From: Takakia lepidozioides
Taxonomy: Eukaryota; Plantae; Bryophyta
Length of the DNA: 64,000 bases
NCBI GenBank assembly: GCA_030704615.1
Contig: CM060734.1
Span: 23,746,001 to 23,810,000 of the forward strand
Reading direction: 5' to 3'
Part shown: piece after piece, positions 33,448 through 46,100 of the stretch
Position numbering within the stretch: the first letter of the stretch is position 1
How the letters are laid out: the number at the start of each line of letters is the position of its first letter
The notes under the pieces: generated by a model
What the model saw: only the letters and a program-made list of their open reading frames with translations
Databases searched by the model: none
What the model was told of the DNA's origin: nothing
Translations under genes and position numbers: made by a program

Positions 33448-36400
33448 ATGGCTGGCCCTGAAGAGAGTGCGGCATCTCGGTATGTGAAGTTATCCAAAGA
33501 ACATGATACACCCGTCGAGGATATTCGGCCTGGAGAACTTAATCAGCCTGTTTTTGTTCCCCAGGTTTGATCTACAATTCTCTTAGATCGTTTGACGTGT
33601 ATGGATTGTGATGCGGAGGTCGTTTAGATGATGGACCGTCCCATCACGGGGTTGAGAATGGAAGACTGGACGAATGATAGTGATGGTACTCACCGCATTT
33701 CTCTCATGAGACTATGCAGTTCTTCACTGCACCTCATGATTCAAAAATGATGCACCCTTTTGACCTGCTGAATGGTGCGGGAGGCTTCTCTGAGTTATAG
33801 GGGTGTACTCATGTGGAGACCAATTTGAAAGCTCATAAAGGTGGTGCACTTGCAGCACTACGATCTTTATATTTAGTAGGGCTTCCTACATTGACTGCAG
33901 AATAACAGTTCTCTCAGATATTCCCAACTTTCAAAGCCTGTACCGCAAATTCTTCCTAGAAACACAATTACCAAACATGGTGAAGTCAGTTAATTTGGAG
34001 TTTCTGCGGTTCTCAATCACCATTCACATTTTTTCATATTTATCCATTCAGCTATCTGGCTAGTTCTTTCCTTTTTTCTCCCACTTACTGTCGAAGTAGC
34101 GGAGGATGATGCAGGACAAGTGTGTACGGTCAACAATGTCACTGGGGGGTCGTCTTTGCCGAGGACTTCTCAGATGGGGAACTATGCATTTTGTTTTGAT
34201 TGTGCCATCTATTTAGAAGTCAGATCTTCTCTCTTTCTCCCCCCTGTGTGTGTGCAGTCTCTAGGGATTCATGGGTTGAGGGTACTGGGTTTTGTAACCA
34301 GCTGGTGGTGCACCGGTGCAATGAATGTGGGCAGCCACTCCCAGAGAGTTATGAGCCACCAGGCAATGAACCTTGGACCACAGGCATTTTTGGATGCTTT
34401 GAAGACTTTGACTCCTGTAAGCAAACCTTGGCCCTCTTATCTCATGCTCAAGCTTGGAGAATTGCAAGATATCTGCCACACTGTGGCGGGGAAAGGTTTA
34501 AGGATTGGTAACTATGGGAAGTAGATTATCAGGACCTTGAAGCATTTAATAAATGGTAGTATCTATATGCAGATAATTCAACTTTTGGGTGCTCCAAAAG
34601 TTAGATTAAGGAGGAGTTGTAAAAACTTCCACATATGAAGCTGCTGCTGATTTTTAGCCTAATGGATAATTCCCATGTTGGATAAATTACATCAACTTTT
34701 CTTTCATTTTCAATGATTTTGCTCTTGAGATCGTTTTGAGCCACTGTTATGTACTATCTGTCTTAATCATATGGTGTGGGCTGAGCTTAGTCCTGAGTTC
34801 ACCATTCAGATCACTGGGGAACCTCCCTCTCAAACACTTGCCATGGCAGGTCTAACAAATAGTTTTGTGCTTAGGGCACTTGGGCCCAAGAAATGGTCTT
34901 ATGGGCAGATGAACCACGGGTGGCCTGTGTCACAGGCTATGCCACCTGGTCCACCTAGCTGGGGACTGGTTCTTACCATATGGGGATCTGGTAGCTTTCT
35001 AGTCATGCGGGGAAGATTGACCCAGTAAGTGCATGCATCCAATTAAAGGTAGCATCAGGCAGGATTGTAAGCCTCATTGTGGCACTCCAGTGACTGTAGC
35101 TATGCGACATGCAGTGGTTACTTTTGGAGCTTTTAAAGCAATGGAGTTGCACACATGCCAGACTACGATAGGAGCTGCGGGGTGGTGGGTGTAGGTCGGA
35201 TGGGACTGTGCTGTCCTTGTGTGTTGTTTGGGCGCAATGTGGAGAGGATGAAGGAGGATGTGGCATGGACCACACCCTGCGTGTGCCATGCCATCTTTGT
35301 GGAGGGAGGCATGGCTCTAGGGGTGGCCACCCTGGCGCTGCAGGGCTTGGAGCCCCGAACAGTTGTTCTCATCGGTGAGGGTTTACTCTTTGCATGGTGG
35401 ATGTGCGGCATTTACACTGGCCTCTTTCGTAAGGAGCTGCAGAACAAGTATCATCTGAAGGTTTTCCTTTCCCCTCTCTGCTTACTGTTGTGTGTAGAGG
35501 AATACCTGATTCCTCAAAGCTATGTCTTAGTGAGGATCGATTAATATGCCAGGACCTACTTTCCTTTAATAAAGTTGACCTGGTTACCAAGTCTCCAGAA
35601 GCCTCTCAGCAGAGAGATGTACTCAATTGTCCTTGTGAGCTTTGACATGCTCTCAAGGTGTGAGTTGCTGTGGGGATACTCTTACCCTCCTGGAGCTGAT
35701 AGTTGGCTGTCAGTGGTGAGGTCCATACTGAAATTGCCATAGCATTGTGCGATCAGCCGAAGACACTTTTACCCGCAGGCAAGTTATAGACATCAAGCTA
35801 GGGAACACAATGTTATAGCCCGCATTTGGCGACAGATCATATCTGGTGTCAAAAAGGACAGTGTGAGAGCCTGGGGGAGAAGTTCACACAATTGACCCAG
35901 ACGTGAAAAAGAGATAGATGGATAGAGGTGTCTGATCCTCTGATTTAACGAGGTGAAGAGAAGCATCCAATATGATATATGTCTGACATTCCCAGAACAC
36001 CCTGCTCAAATGTGAGGCATGGCATGCGTGACAAACAGAGGACCTTTTTTTTCCAATGTCTCGAGTTCAGGTCATTGTTTTGTAAAGCAAAGGTGCCAGG
36101 CAAAAGTTGGCAAATAAGAGAATCAATATCAATGCTATGTGGGAATATTGGGAACTTGCAAGCAATATGACAAGGTGGTAAAACAGATATACAGACCATG
36201 TCTATACATAAAAGAAGAGGTGTGGAATATGTGCTCTATGACTGTTTCCCGTGCCTGGTGGCTAAGATATTGGCTTATATGTACCTTTCACTGGAGGGGT
36301 TACATGCTGCCAAAAACATGGCCTCAGCTGTTACTCAGATTCGTGTTTGGAGTTCCAGAAGGACTAGCCATGTCTGAGAATTGCCATAGTGCTTGCATAC

Positions 36401-36687
36401 AGCTGATAGTTGAGGTGAAAAATGGTGTTGACATCATACTAGGAAGTGTATATTGTGATGGGAAATATGGTGTGGGTTTGCAGAGCTCACCGTGTGACCC
36501 ATGCATGGTCCACTGCTGTATGCACTGGTGTGCTCTTTGTCAAGAACACCGTGAAATGCAGGGCCGACTTTCTGACAACTTGGTCATGCCCATGACTGTC
36601 ATCAATCCGCCTGCCCCACAAGAAATGGATGACCGAGAGTCCGCTACTGTAGACCACAAAGAGCATGCTGATATTCAGGCCTCCTAA
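33448..36687 (+). CDS. PLAC8-family protein (Cell Number Regulator 6/PCR-like), 233 aa; exons 33448-33564, 34302-34416, 35195-35460, 36484-36687
   Basis: Exons join in frame across GT-AG introns: MAGPEESAASRYVKL...PGELNQPVFVPQ / LVVHRCNECGQPLP...WTTGIFGCFED / CCPCVLFGRNVE...KYHLK / SSPCDPCMVHCCMHWCALCQEHRE. Confidence 0.93.
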
Positions 36688-37743
36688 AGCATTTGTTGTT
36701 GTTAATGTCTAGGGATCTGCTTAGTATGTTCTATGACTATCCCCAAATGGGAGAATGTCGTCTTTGAGGCCAAGTTCAGTTGAAATAGAGCATAAATGTG
36801 TTTTAGTTTATACATACCTTTATATTTCAAAAATCTTACTTAGGACACACTGGATTTCCTTAGGATCTGCCCACTCCCACCATAGGGTGTGGGTATGATG
36901 ATTTGTTCAGCTGGCTTTTTGGGGCTTCCTCAAGCCCTCACATCGGTGATGGCACATAGAGAAATTGTATTGGCAGTGAAGTTAAATCAGTAGGAGCCTT
37001 GGGAGGTTTGAATAGTTGAAGGTTATGTGGATGCAATGTGGTTTGCCTGTCTCAGTTTCCTGATGCCCTGTTATTCTCTCCTCCATCTCCTACTGTGGAT
37101 GTGATGACTGTTCTCCAATGTTCTCCTGCATTTGGCTTGAAAACCAGGCATTGAGTTTCTACATCCAACATGAGTTTAGTGTACTTAGGAGCCAGAAAGA
37201 AGTGTTCACTTTGAGGTGAACTAAGACTCAAGTTTGATGATGCAAAGAGTGTTTGGTACACGTTCCAGTGTCAATTTCAAAGGGTTTTCATGTCATGTTT
37301 GCCCTCCATAGTGAAACTGCTAGTAGTAGGGCGTGGTTATAGCAAAGCAGTGTTTAAGATTCCATGTAATAACTCAGTTGGCACTTGCCCATGGAAATAT
37401 CCGTATCGACCATCTTCAGTTAGAAAGAACCATGGTGATGCCCTTCCACATAAACAGACAGTGCCCAGTGAAAAGCAAGAGCACGTCTCTGCATGCTTAA
37501 AGACCGGCCAGGATTTCTTAGTTAGAGAGGAGGGCACCATATGGGGCGGGATTTTTCTGCCAGGCGAGGATGCCGCAGAAGGTTCCTTCCCTTGTGAGAT
37601 CCCCGCCATAAAAAATCTGTTGTTTCTTTTCGTAGAGTGAGGCCCCAGGACTGGCCTTCCTGAAATGAGGGGGCCGGCAGGAGGCGCAGCCAAGTGCCAA
37701 GGTCCCGAGTTTCAGGAAAACCCCCATCCAAGGGCCTCACCCT

Positions 37744-37912
37744 AATAATAATATATGACGCCTCCCGAAGAAAGCATAAATTATGGTGTCTCTTGACCCT
37801 GAAGGGCTACTGCCTTCAGTGTTCACCTTTGTGACACCCATTGGTGGATTGAACCCACAACCACTTCCAAGGTGGTATGTGCCCATTACCATTGGGCTAT
37901 AACTTGGTTGTC
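37744..37912 (-). mobile_element. Second copy of the tRNA-derived SINE
   Basis: The reverse complement reads gacaaccaagttatagcccaatggtaatgggcacataccac...gggttcaatcc...ttcgggaggcgtca plus a (TAT)n tail, colinear with 23533-23705. Confidence 0.85.
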
Positions 37913-38237
37913 ACTTGTCACCTTACATACCAACGTGGCTAACTCAGTTGGACAGGTGAATCGGGGCTCAAATCCTGCTACTTTGTGGGGTGTGGTATAA
38001 TCTTCTTCCCTCCATTTGGGGGGTTCTCTTGAGCCTTGTGCATCATGGCAAGGTTACTTTGAAAGAGGTTATTTTCTCTTCTGAACATAATTAAGGGGCC
38101 TGATTTGTGAACAGTTCCCAAGTGTTTCCCTAAATTTCTTAGAAACACGTAGTGAAACAACCTATGGATTTTTTCCTTTTGTAATTTCAGGGACCTTCAA
38201 TGGCGGAATGTCACGTCAACAGCAACAGGGATCTTAC

Positions 38238-39636
38238 CATTGTTGGACCGGTATACCTGGTTGAACCTAGGTATGGAATATAGGCATGAGTACGTGTATT
38301 GAAGAACATACCAGTCGGGTATGAATGAACCAATGTACTATGGTGATAGTATGTCTTTAGGGTTTCAACCAGTGTTGGCCAGGTATAGCACTCTACCCCC
38401 GTTAGTGAGTCGGCTATCACCCCGGTTAGTAGGTATACATAACCGCATACAGGGTATTTTTACAAAACAGAGCAAATAGATAACCGACGGTTGGGAGGTG
38501 AGTATATATATGTATATGTACCCTATATTAAGGTTAACACTACACGTATACCCGGATTAGTAAGGCGTTTTGACCACCCCTAGAACGGTTAAGTATAGGA
38601 CACGCCTCCTCACACAACGCAATTGCATTGATTGCCATGATTGCCTGCATGCCTGAGTATTGGTAACTTTTGCAAGAGGTGCGCTCAGTATGTATAACTT
38701 ATTGCTATGTTAAATGTTAGCCAACTTATCTCTTTGGCTTTTTTTTCTTTTTTACTTTAGTCATTTTATTTGTTATTGTGGATAAATCTCTCATGTACTT
38801 GGAGCATTCTAGCATTACCTATTTATTACTCATCTTTATTAATGGTTCTCATCTTCATCTGGATGTCATGTGGGAATTGATTATTTTTAACGAAAATCAT
38901 TGAGAAAACAAGCACATGTATGTAACCGCCAATTGCATATATATCCGCCAATTTTAGAACACCTCTAACCGTCCTATTCATAACTGTCCAAATTTGAAGA
39001 ATTTTGTAGAATAGATAACCGGTGGATATACTAAAATAAAAAATATATCCTTATACATAACCATGGAGTGTGTCCATCCCAAAAATATTGAAGTAACCTT
39101 AACCGGCAGATATGTAAAATTCTTATAACCGGCCAACACTGGTTTGAACCCACACATACCGAACCAATCTGCTAATATGCAGGCATAGCATGGTCCCCAT
39201 ATCAGTATTGCGGCGAGTTCATGGCGGATGGAGCTAGGTATGAGTATACGTTAGTGCAGCTAGCTGTAATCTGTAATACCATTTTGTTAATTCAAGGCTC
39301 CCTGCTGCAATTCAGACTTCATTTGTTGTGTCATGGTACTTTGGGTTGCCTTTGCCTAGTGTTTCATAGTTTAGACTGCAATTAGCTGTGCTTAATGACA
39401 TTTATTTGTATGTATGGTGAGCAGTAGGGATACCATATCAGTGCTCATATACCCCCAGTATCACTAAAATAAAAGGACAATACTAGTACCATACTTATAT
39501 ACGGCCCAAATATAGTTACTCATACCAGAGTCATACCCAAGTTGCTCATACCTTAGCCTGGTATGAAAAAAAAGGTGGGACCCTTCATACCAAGAACAGT
39601 GCGGTATTAAAAAATGGACATACTAGTCCAACACTG
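38238..39636. mobile_element. Non-autonomous hAT-type element (outer)
   Basis: Imperfect TIRs CATTGTTGGACCGGTAT / ATACTAGTCCAACACTG; 8-bp TSD GATCTTAC/GATCTTAT; ggtat/atacc subterminal repeats. Confidence 0.75.
38370..39141. mobile_element. Non-autonomous hAT-type element (inner, nested)
   Basis: TIRs CAGTGTTGGCC / GGCCAACACTG; 8-bp TSD GTTTCAAC/GTTTGAAC; taaccg subterminal repeats. Confidence 0.8.
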
Positions 39637-40147
39637 GATCTTATGGCCTGTCATCTTTTCTTACTAATTTCATTTCTTTTATTTTCGTTATAGGGATCTC
39701 AGCCGTCCACTGCGATCTTTAAGACATCTCACCCATCCACCGTGGGAAAGAACCCTATGTCTTTAGGCAGCCAAAGTCCCCACCTTGGTGTTCGGGTCAT
39801 ACTGCCTCGGGCTACGAGGATTAGTCCCCTCACACCGCGTTATGCCCTCTAAGGGGGGACTTCCCCTATACATAATTTCCTCTTTCAGCAAGGGGCCATT
39901 GCGTTGCAAGATACCCAGATACTAGCGAAGAAATAAACTGAAAAGAACCAATTCGTGACGCACCCAGTAGTGTAAGCTTGTCAGTCATAAACCCAATGAG
40001 TAAAATTAATGAGCCAATATGATCACCAAAGGCCTTCTTCAATGGTAAGTACGTTGAGTTTCGTAATTAGGGTGGAGGAGGAATTGGGAAGGGTCGGAGG
40101 GATGTGGGGCTCTGCATGTTGCAATGACTGGCTGCCGAACTTAGTTT

Positions 40148-43100
40148 GATGGATCAGAAGATAGACCTTGTCTGATGACAAACATTCTTCAAGGCTCTCA
40201 TATCACTGTGATTTCATTGCATGATAGGGGACAGGGGTTTATGAGTTCCTTTCTTTAACTGGCAGAGCTTTTTATGAGGCCCTGGAATACCACTCCAGGC
40301 CCATATCTGCTTGAGGGTACTCAGCCATGTGTTTTGTGTTGTTAGAAGTCTTGCCTATGACTTGGCACTGAAGCACCTTCCGACCTGGGCCCATCATAAT
40401 TTTGATTTTCAAGACCTGCTTGCTGGTAGGTGTTGTGTGCTTCTTACCTTCTACCCTGGCAGAGTTTTGATCATGAAGTCCTGGAATTCCATTCTAGACC
40501 TGCAGCTCCTTACAGAGACTCAAATAAGCCATGTCATTGCATGTAATGCTTGCTCATTCATTTGCAATGCTATGATACCTTCAGGCTGGCTGTTTTTTTA
40601 GGAATGCGACTTATTCAAAAACTGGATTCTAAAACAATAACCTTTATGGTCCAGCAAGTAGCCTAGCATGACAGTTTTAAATACTTTTTCATGGCCTAAA
40701 CCTGGTCATGATACACCTTGCTAGGTGTAGAGATATTCTTCCTTAGATAAAACTAAGCAAGAAAGACACTTGTTGCTTGAAGGGCTTGGTTCTGGAGATT
40801 ATCTCCAGACCTGCAATCTGGTTTCTGAAATGAAGGTGCAATCTGGAAGTATAGGGGAATTTTTATTAAACCATGGTGCTTTCATGATATGATTGACCTG
40901 GAATTCTGAGTTATTTATTTTTTACCCTAGCAGAGCTGTTTATGAGGCCCTGGAATACCAATCCAGGCCTGCATATGCCTGAAAAAACTCAGCCCCGTTT
41001 CTACTTTATGAATCTTGCATGTGTCTTGGCACTGATAGATCGGTTTCAAGCCAACACAAGATGCCTTTTTAGGAAGATGAATGGCTCAAGAACTGGATTA
41101 TGTAAGGCTTGACCCATGTCAACAAAAAATGAGGAATCATTATGTCAACAAGCAAATGCTTAAGACATGTATGGCTTGCTGTTTCAATTGCAATTTAAAG
41201 TACTATGTGCTTGGCTCTCGAGATTTATCTCCAGACCTGCAATCTGGTTTTTGAAATGATGTTACAATCGGCAAGTATGGTGGTGATCGTTGTATGTCAA
41301 ACTATGGTGCTTTCATAATATGATTGACCAAGAATCCCACCCTCCCACCCTGTTTTTTCAGATACCCTGAAATGTAATGGGATATTCAAATGAGATGGTA
41401 AACATGGAAGTGGTTGTTAGATGGTGCCCTGTAAAGGGCTGCTTTGTCTTTCAATGACAATGACCTTAGTGGTCTTTGTCCATGTCTTGACATGACATGT
41501 ATATCTTCCCTCTCTTTATCTGATCAGTGTACTTAGTGGTTTTTGTACACACCATCTACCCTTCTCCTTTCCTGTTTCACCTTCTCATTCTGATGTACTG
41601 ACAATATTTTTTGAGGAGCCTTGGCAGATAGGCAACAAACACATTCCAAACTGGAATGATGAACTGAAAGCCTTGGGGTATGAGTCCCCCTTGGCCAGGT
41701 ATGATCTTCTCCAACAATAGTATGGTTGATTGATTGGGTATGAAAAGTAAGGCATCCTTGATGATACCTGAAATAAGCATAGAGCATCTAAAGGACTTAT
41801 GAATGCCGATATTATTAGCCAAGCCCTGGTAAGACAGCTTACGGGAGTATGTGTACACCTTATACATGATCCGGTCGATGCACACTACTTTTGTTAGCTA
41901 GTCTCTTGTAGCCGATGCCTTATATCAGAATCAGATACCTTATGATTGAGTGACTACCAAGTCCTTTGATCAAGTGCTTCTATACTTCTCTTAGATATGG
42001 CTTCGCTCCTTGTGGCACCATAAAAAAATACCCAACTCTAATCTGTTGCTAGAAGATGTTTTGTCCATATCACAGGCATGGTACTACAGACCTGAGCTGC
42101 TGTTGTATCTTGACAAGGTTCCTTGAACGAGGTTCCTTCCCTAGCCTGTTCTTCCATGTGCGAGAGCTTATTGAGAAACTGAAAGGTATTTTCTAAAAAC
42201 TTGTACCTATCCAGAGCTAAGTATACTCTGTGTTCTTTTCTCGTGATACTATACCAGTCTTGCTATGATACACTTTATGCCAATGTTTAATTCATGACCC
42301 GAGGAAGAGAGGATGTAGGATTCTACTCCCTAAGGATAGAACTACATGGAAGAGGGGAAACATTATGAGAAGGGGTCTGATATGCACTCCCTTACGGGGT
42401 GAGTGCATACCACACTCACTCCGTAAGGTTCTGCCATGCCAGGGGATTGGCTGGTGGGTCCCTCTCTCTCCCTCTCTCTCTCCCTCTGTACATGGATCCT
42501 GTTGGTAACCTATTCCATAACCCAGAGGGTTTTGTACTAAGGTAATTTTTGACTAAACTATAATTAACTTTCTACTATCTTCATCCATACCGGATATAGT
42601 TAATAATGGATGAATTCCATTAAATGTTAATTCTGGTTATCATTTTTTACCTGGTTCCTTTGGATTATTAAGGTCATTTATATCTAACCCTAATGAATGC
42701 CAGGTTCTGGTCATCGATTTTTGGATGTCATCCCTGCTGGATGACATGGCGATGACAACAGGGGAATATCACCTTTCATTCCTTATTTTTCATCCCACAT
42801 GGATGAAATCGCAATGGTTTGCCATATTTCCTCTCCTGCCATAAAACTTGCACGATACTGTGCGTTTTTTCTACGGGAGATGAAGTGATGGTGTCAGAGG
42901 GATCTCTTAGCATGAATTTTATGATTTTGATGGCTATGGAGACGCTTCAATGTTGCTTACAAGTACTCTGGCAAGATTCCAGTCCTTTCTCATCTCCCTT
43001 GGGATGCGTAACGGCGGCAGTGCTTCAATTCCCTCAGTATGGTGGCCTATTCCCTTGGCGGGCAATCTACCTTAGGCTGCCCGATTGCTTGTAGATCCTC

Positions 43101-46100
43101 TCTGGATCATTAAGTTTCAGCACTGCTCATAAAAACTCGGGGGGTTTCTTCACCTATTAAAATGCGCATAGATTTCAGCAAACCATTGCTTGTTTGTGCT
43201 GTTGATTGTCAAGTGCTTGGAGCAATGTCGAGTCCTCTTCCGCAATCGATTAAGGTTGTGGATAACCTTGCTTGTGTTTAGAATTGATTCTTGCTTTAGA
43301 ACTCATGTTGTACAGCGATAACAAGCGTGAGACCCGATTCACCTGGGGTTCCACAATTCTCACTAACCTGTTGGTTCTTGTGGGGGCTTGTGATGGGACC
43401 AGGTGAGGGTCCTCACTTAATGTGATTTTTTGAAGCTTGAATCTGATGACAAACCTGCAAGTGAAGTGACATCGACATCAGCTGATTATCCAGGGAGATG
43501 TCTCATTTTTGCCTCCCTACCTTGACCAATCTGGATATGCTTACAACCTTTATCTTTATGTTGAAGCAGCAAGTGCATTAGCGAGCCTTTTTAGAATTCT
43601 ATTAAGGACTCTGGGTTATGATTTCCGCTGCATTGAAATATGGTACTGGATGTAGGGTTTCCAAACCAAATATATGCTCTTTTTTCATGCTTAGAGCACG
43701 ATTTGCTACTCTGATATGTACACTTTCAAGCAACACGGTAGGGGAGAGGCCAGAGCTTGCATCTGGTTTATACTAAGCCTTGTATGCCTTTATGTGCTCA
43801 ATCTATGGAACCTCTGTGGCTTTCTGAACCCCCTTTCCTTTTTTACCTTGCATACAATCTGCTAAGGTAAGTAACCTGCTACCTCTTCATGTCACTCTGT
43901 AATTACAGATTGTATACAGTTGTGTTTGTGGCTTTTGGGTTACAATAAAAGAACACAGGACTCATTGTTTCTGCTCCACAAGAAACATGGAATGGTGGGG
44001 ACCCAGAATTACTCTTCTAAAAGCAAGCTTTTGTTTTTTTAGAAAAACATGTACTAGCTTTATAGACTCTTGGTAGGTTGGATTGAAGATATCAGCTGTT
44101 CTGATATCTGGCAACACAACCTTTTTTTCAGATGTTATGACTTCAAAACCTGTGTAACATTGGGGTTTGAACATGTATTGGCACTATAGCCTTTCTGAAC
44201 TTCATTAAAATGTCTTTTTTACCTTGCAAACACCTTGTTAACAAAATCTCTAAAAGTTACCTTTTTAATGGATGTTATCCATTGACGAGTGCATCTCCTG
44301 CTAGAATGCGACTTTTTCATCCCCCCTGGATGAGAAATCGGGGATATGTGCCCTAAGCAGGTCGACACCTTTCACAGCACACAGCTCGTGCTTCAGGGAT
44401 CCTTGATGATGCGCCGTGTAAATCTGCTCCCCAGTTGCTGCATGGTACCCGTGATGGCTGGCTCTTGGGATGCGCATTGGCGGTTATGCAGATTCTTCTC
44501 TGGCAGGTGACAAAGCGATGATTGCTTTGCTCAGACCCTCGTGGTTCTTTCTAATTGCAGCGTTACTCCTCGTTGGGAAGTACTCTAACCCTATTTATCT
44601 ACAGATTACATATGGCTCTTTCACTTTGTATGAGCTCTTTTCTATCTGTGAACCCTTCTACTGTGATTGTGTTCTGTTGGAGACGATCTGTTGGATGCCA
44701 TGGCGCAGGGCATACCGCAAACACTCGAGGTCTTTTGAGGTTACCCTTGCTTGGATTGTGATCTGTACATGCTTTAGAATTCAGCACTGACATGGATAGC
44801 AACTGTGAAGACATGCCACTCACCCGATGCATCCTCACTAACACACATCTTTATGTGGTGGTTTTTGGGACGGGCACAGGTGAGGGTCTTCACTTGTCTT
44901 GAATTCTTGAAGCTTGCAGAGTCTGATTCTTGCATAAGGGATTGCTCCTACCGCTTGAAGCTGCTGATGCCAGTTGCTGTTTCAAATCTGCCACCTTGTT
45001 GCCTCAAAACGGCTTCAAGTCTGCTCTAATGAGGATCGCCTTCTTACACCTTACCCTTGTTTTTGGTTCTTGATGACCACTTCTACATGTTTTGGAGTTA
45101 AGACACACAAGGGACTTCATAGAAAACAAAATCTCTACTGAAGGCTCTGGCTGTTTTCAACAAAGGTATAGGGCTGCAGCTACAACTATGGCTGCATGGA
45201 AACTAGGCTCTGAAATGAAACATCATGGCCTGGCCTTGATGGATCAGGAGATAGACCTTGTCTGATGACAAACATTCTTCAAGGCTCTCATATCACTGTG
45301 ATTTCATTGCATGATAGGGGACAGGGGTTTATGAGTTCATTTCTTTAACTGGCAGAGCTTTTTATGAGGCCCTGGAATACCACTCCAGGCCCATATCTGC
45401 TTGAGGGTACTCAGCCATGTGTTTTTCTGTTGTTAGAAGTCTTGCCTATGACTTGGCACCGAAGCACCTTCGGACATGGGCCCATCATAATTTTGATTTT
45501 CAAGACCTGCTTGCTGGTAGGTGTTGTGTGCTTCTTACCTTCTACCCTGGCAGAGTTTTGATCATGAAGTCCTGGAATTCCATTCCAGACCTGCAGCTCC
45601 TTACAAAGACTCAAATAAGCCATGTCATTGCATGTAATGCTTGCTCATTCATTTGCAATGCTATGATACCTTCAGGCTGGCTGTTTTTTTTAGGAAGGCG
45701 ACTTATTCAAAAATTGGATTCTAAAACAGTAACCTTTATGGTCCAGCAAGTAGCCTAGCATGACAGTTTTAAATACTTTTTCATGGCCTAAACCTGGTCG
45801 TGATACACCTTGCTAGGTGTAGAGATATTCTTACTTAGATAAAACTAAGCAAGAAAGACACTTGTTGCTTGAAGGGCTTGGTTCTGGAGATTATCTCCAG
45901 ACCTGCAATCTGGTTTCTGAAATGAAGGTGCAATCTGCAAGTATAGGGGAATTTTTCATTAAACCATGGTGCTTTCATGATATGATTGACCTGGAATTCT
46001 GAGTTATTTATTTTTTACCCTAGCAGAGCTGTTTATGAGGCCCTGGAATACCAATCCAGGCCTGCATATGCCTGAAAAAACTCAGCCCCGTTTCTACTTT

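Noticed and set aside
39689-39869. Possible small MITE (tataggga...tcccctata)
   Set aside because: The terminal inverted match is too short to support a call.
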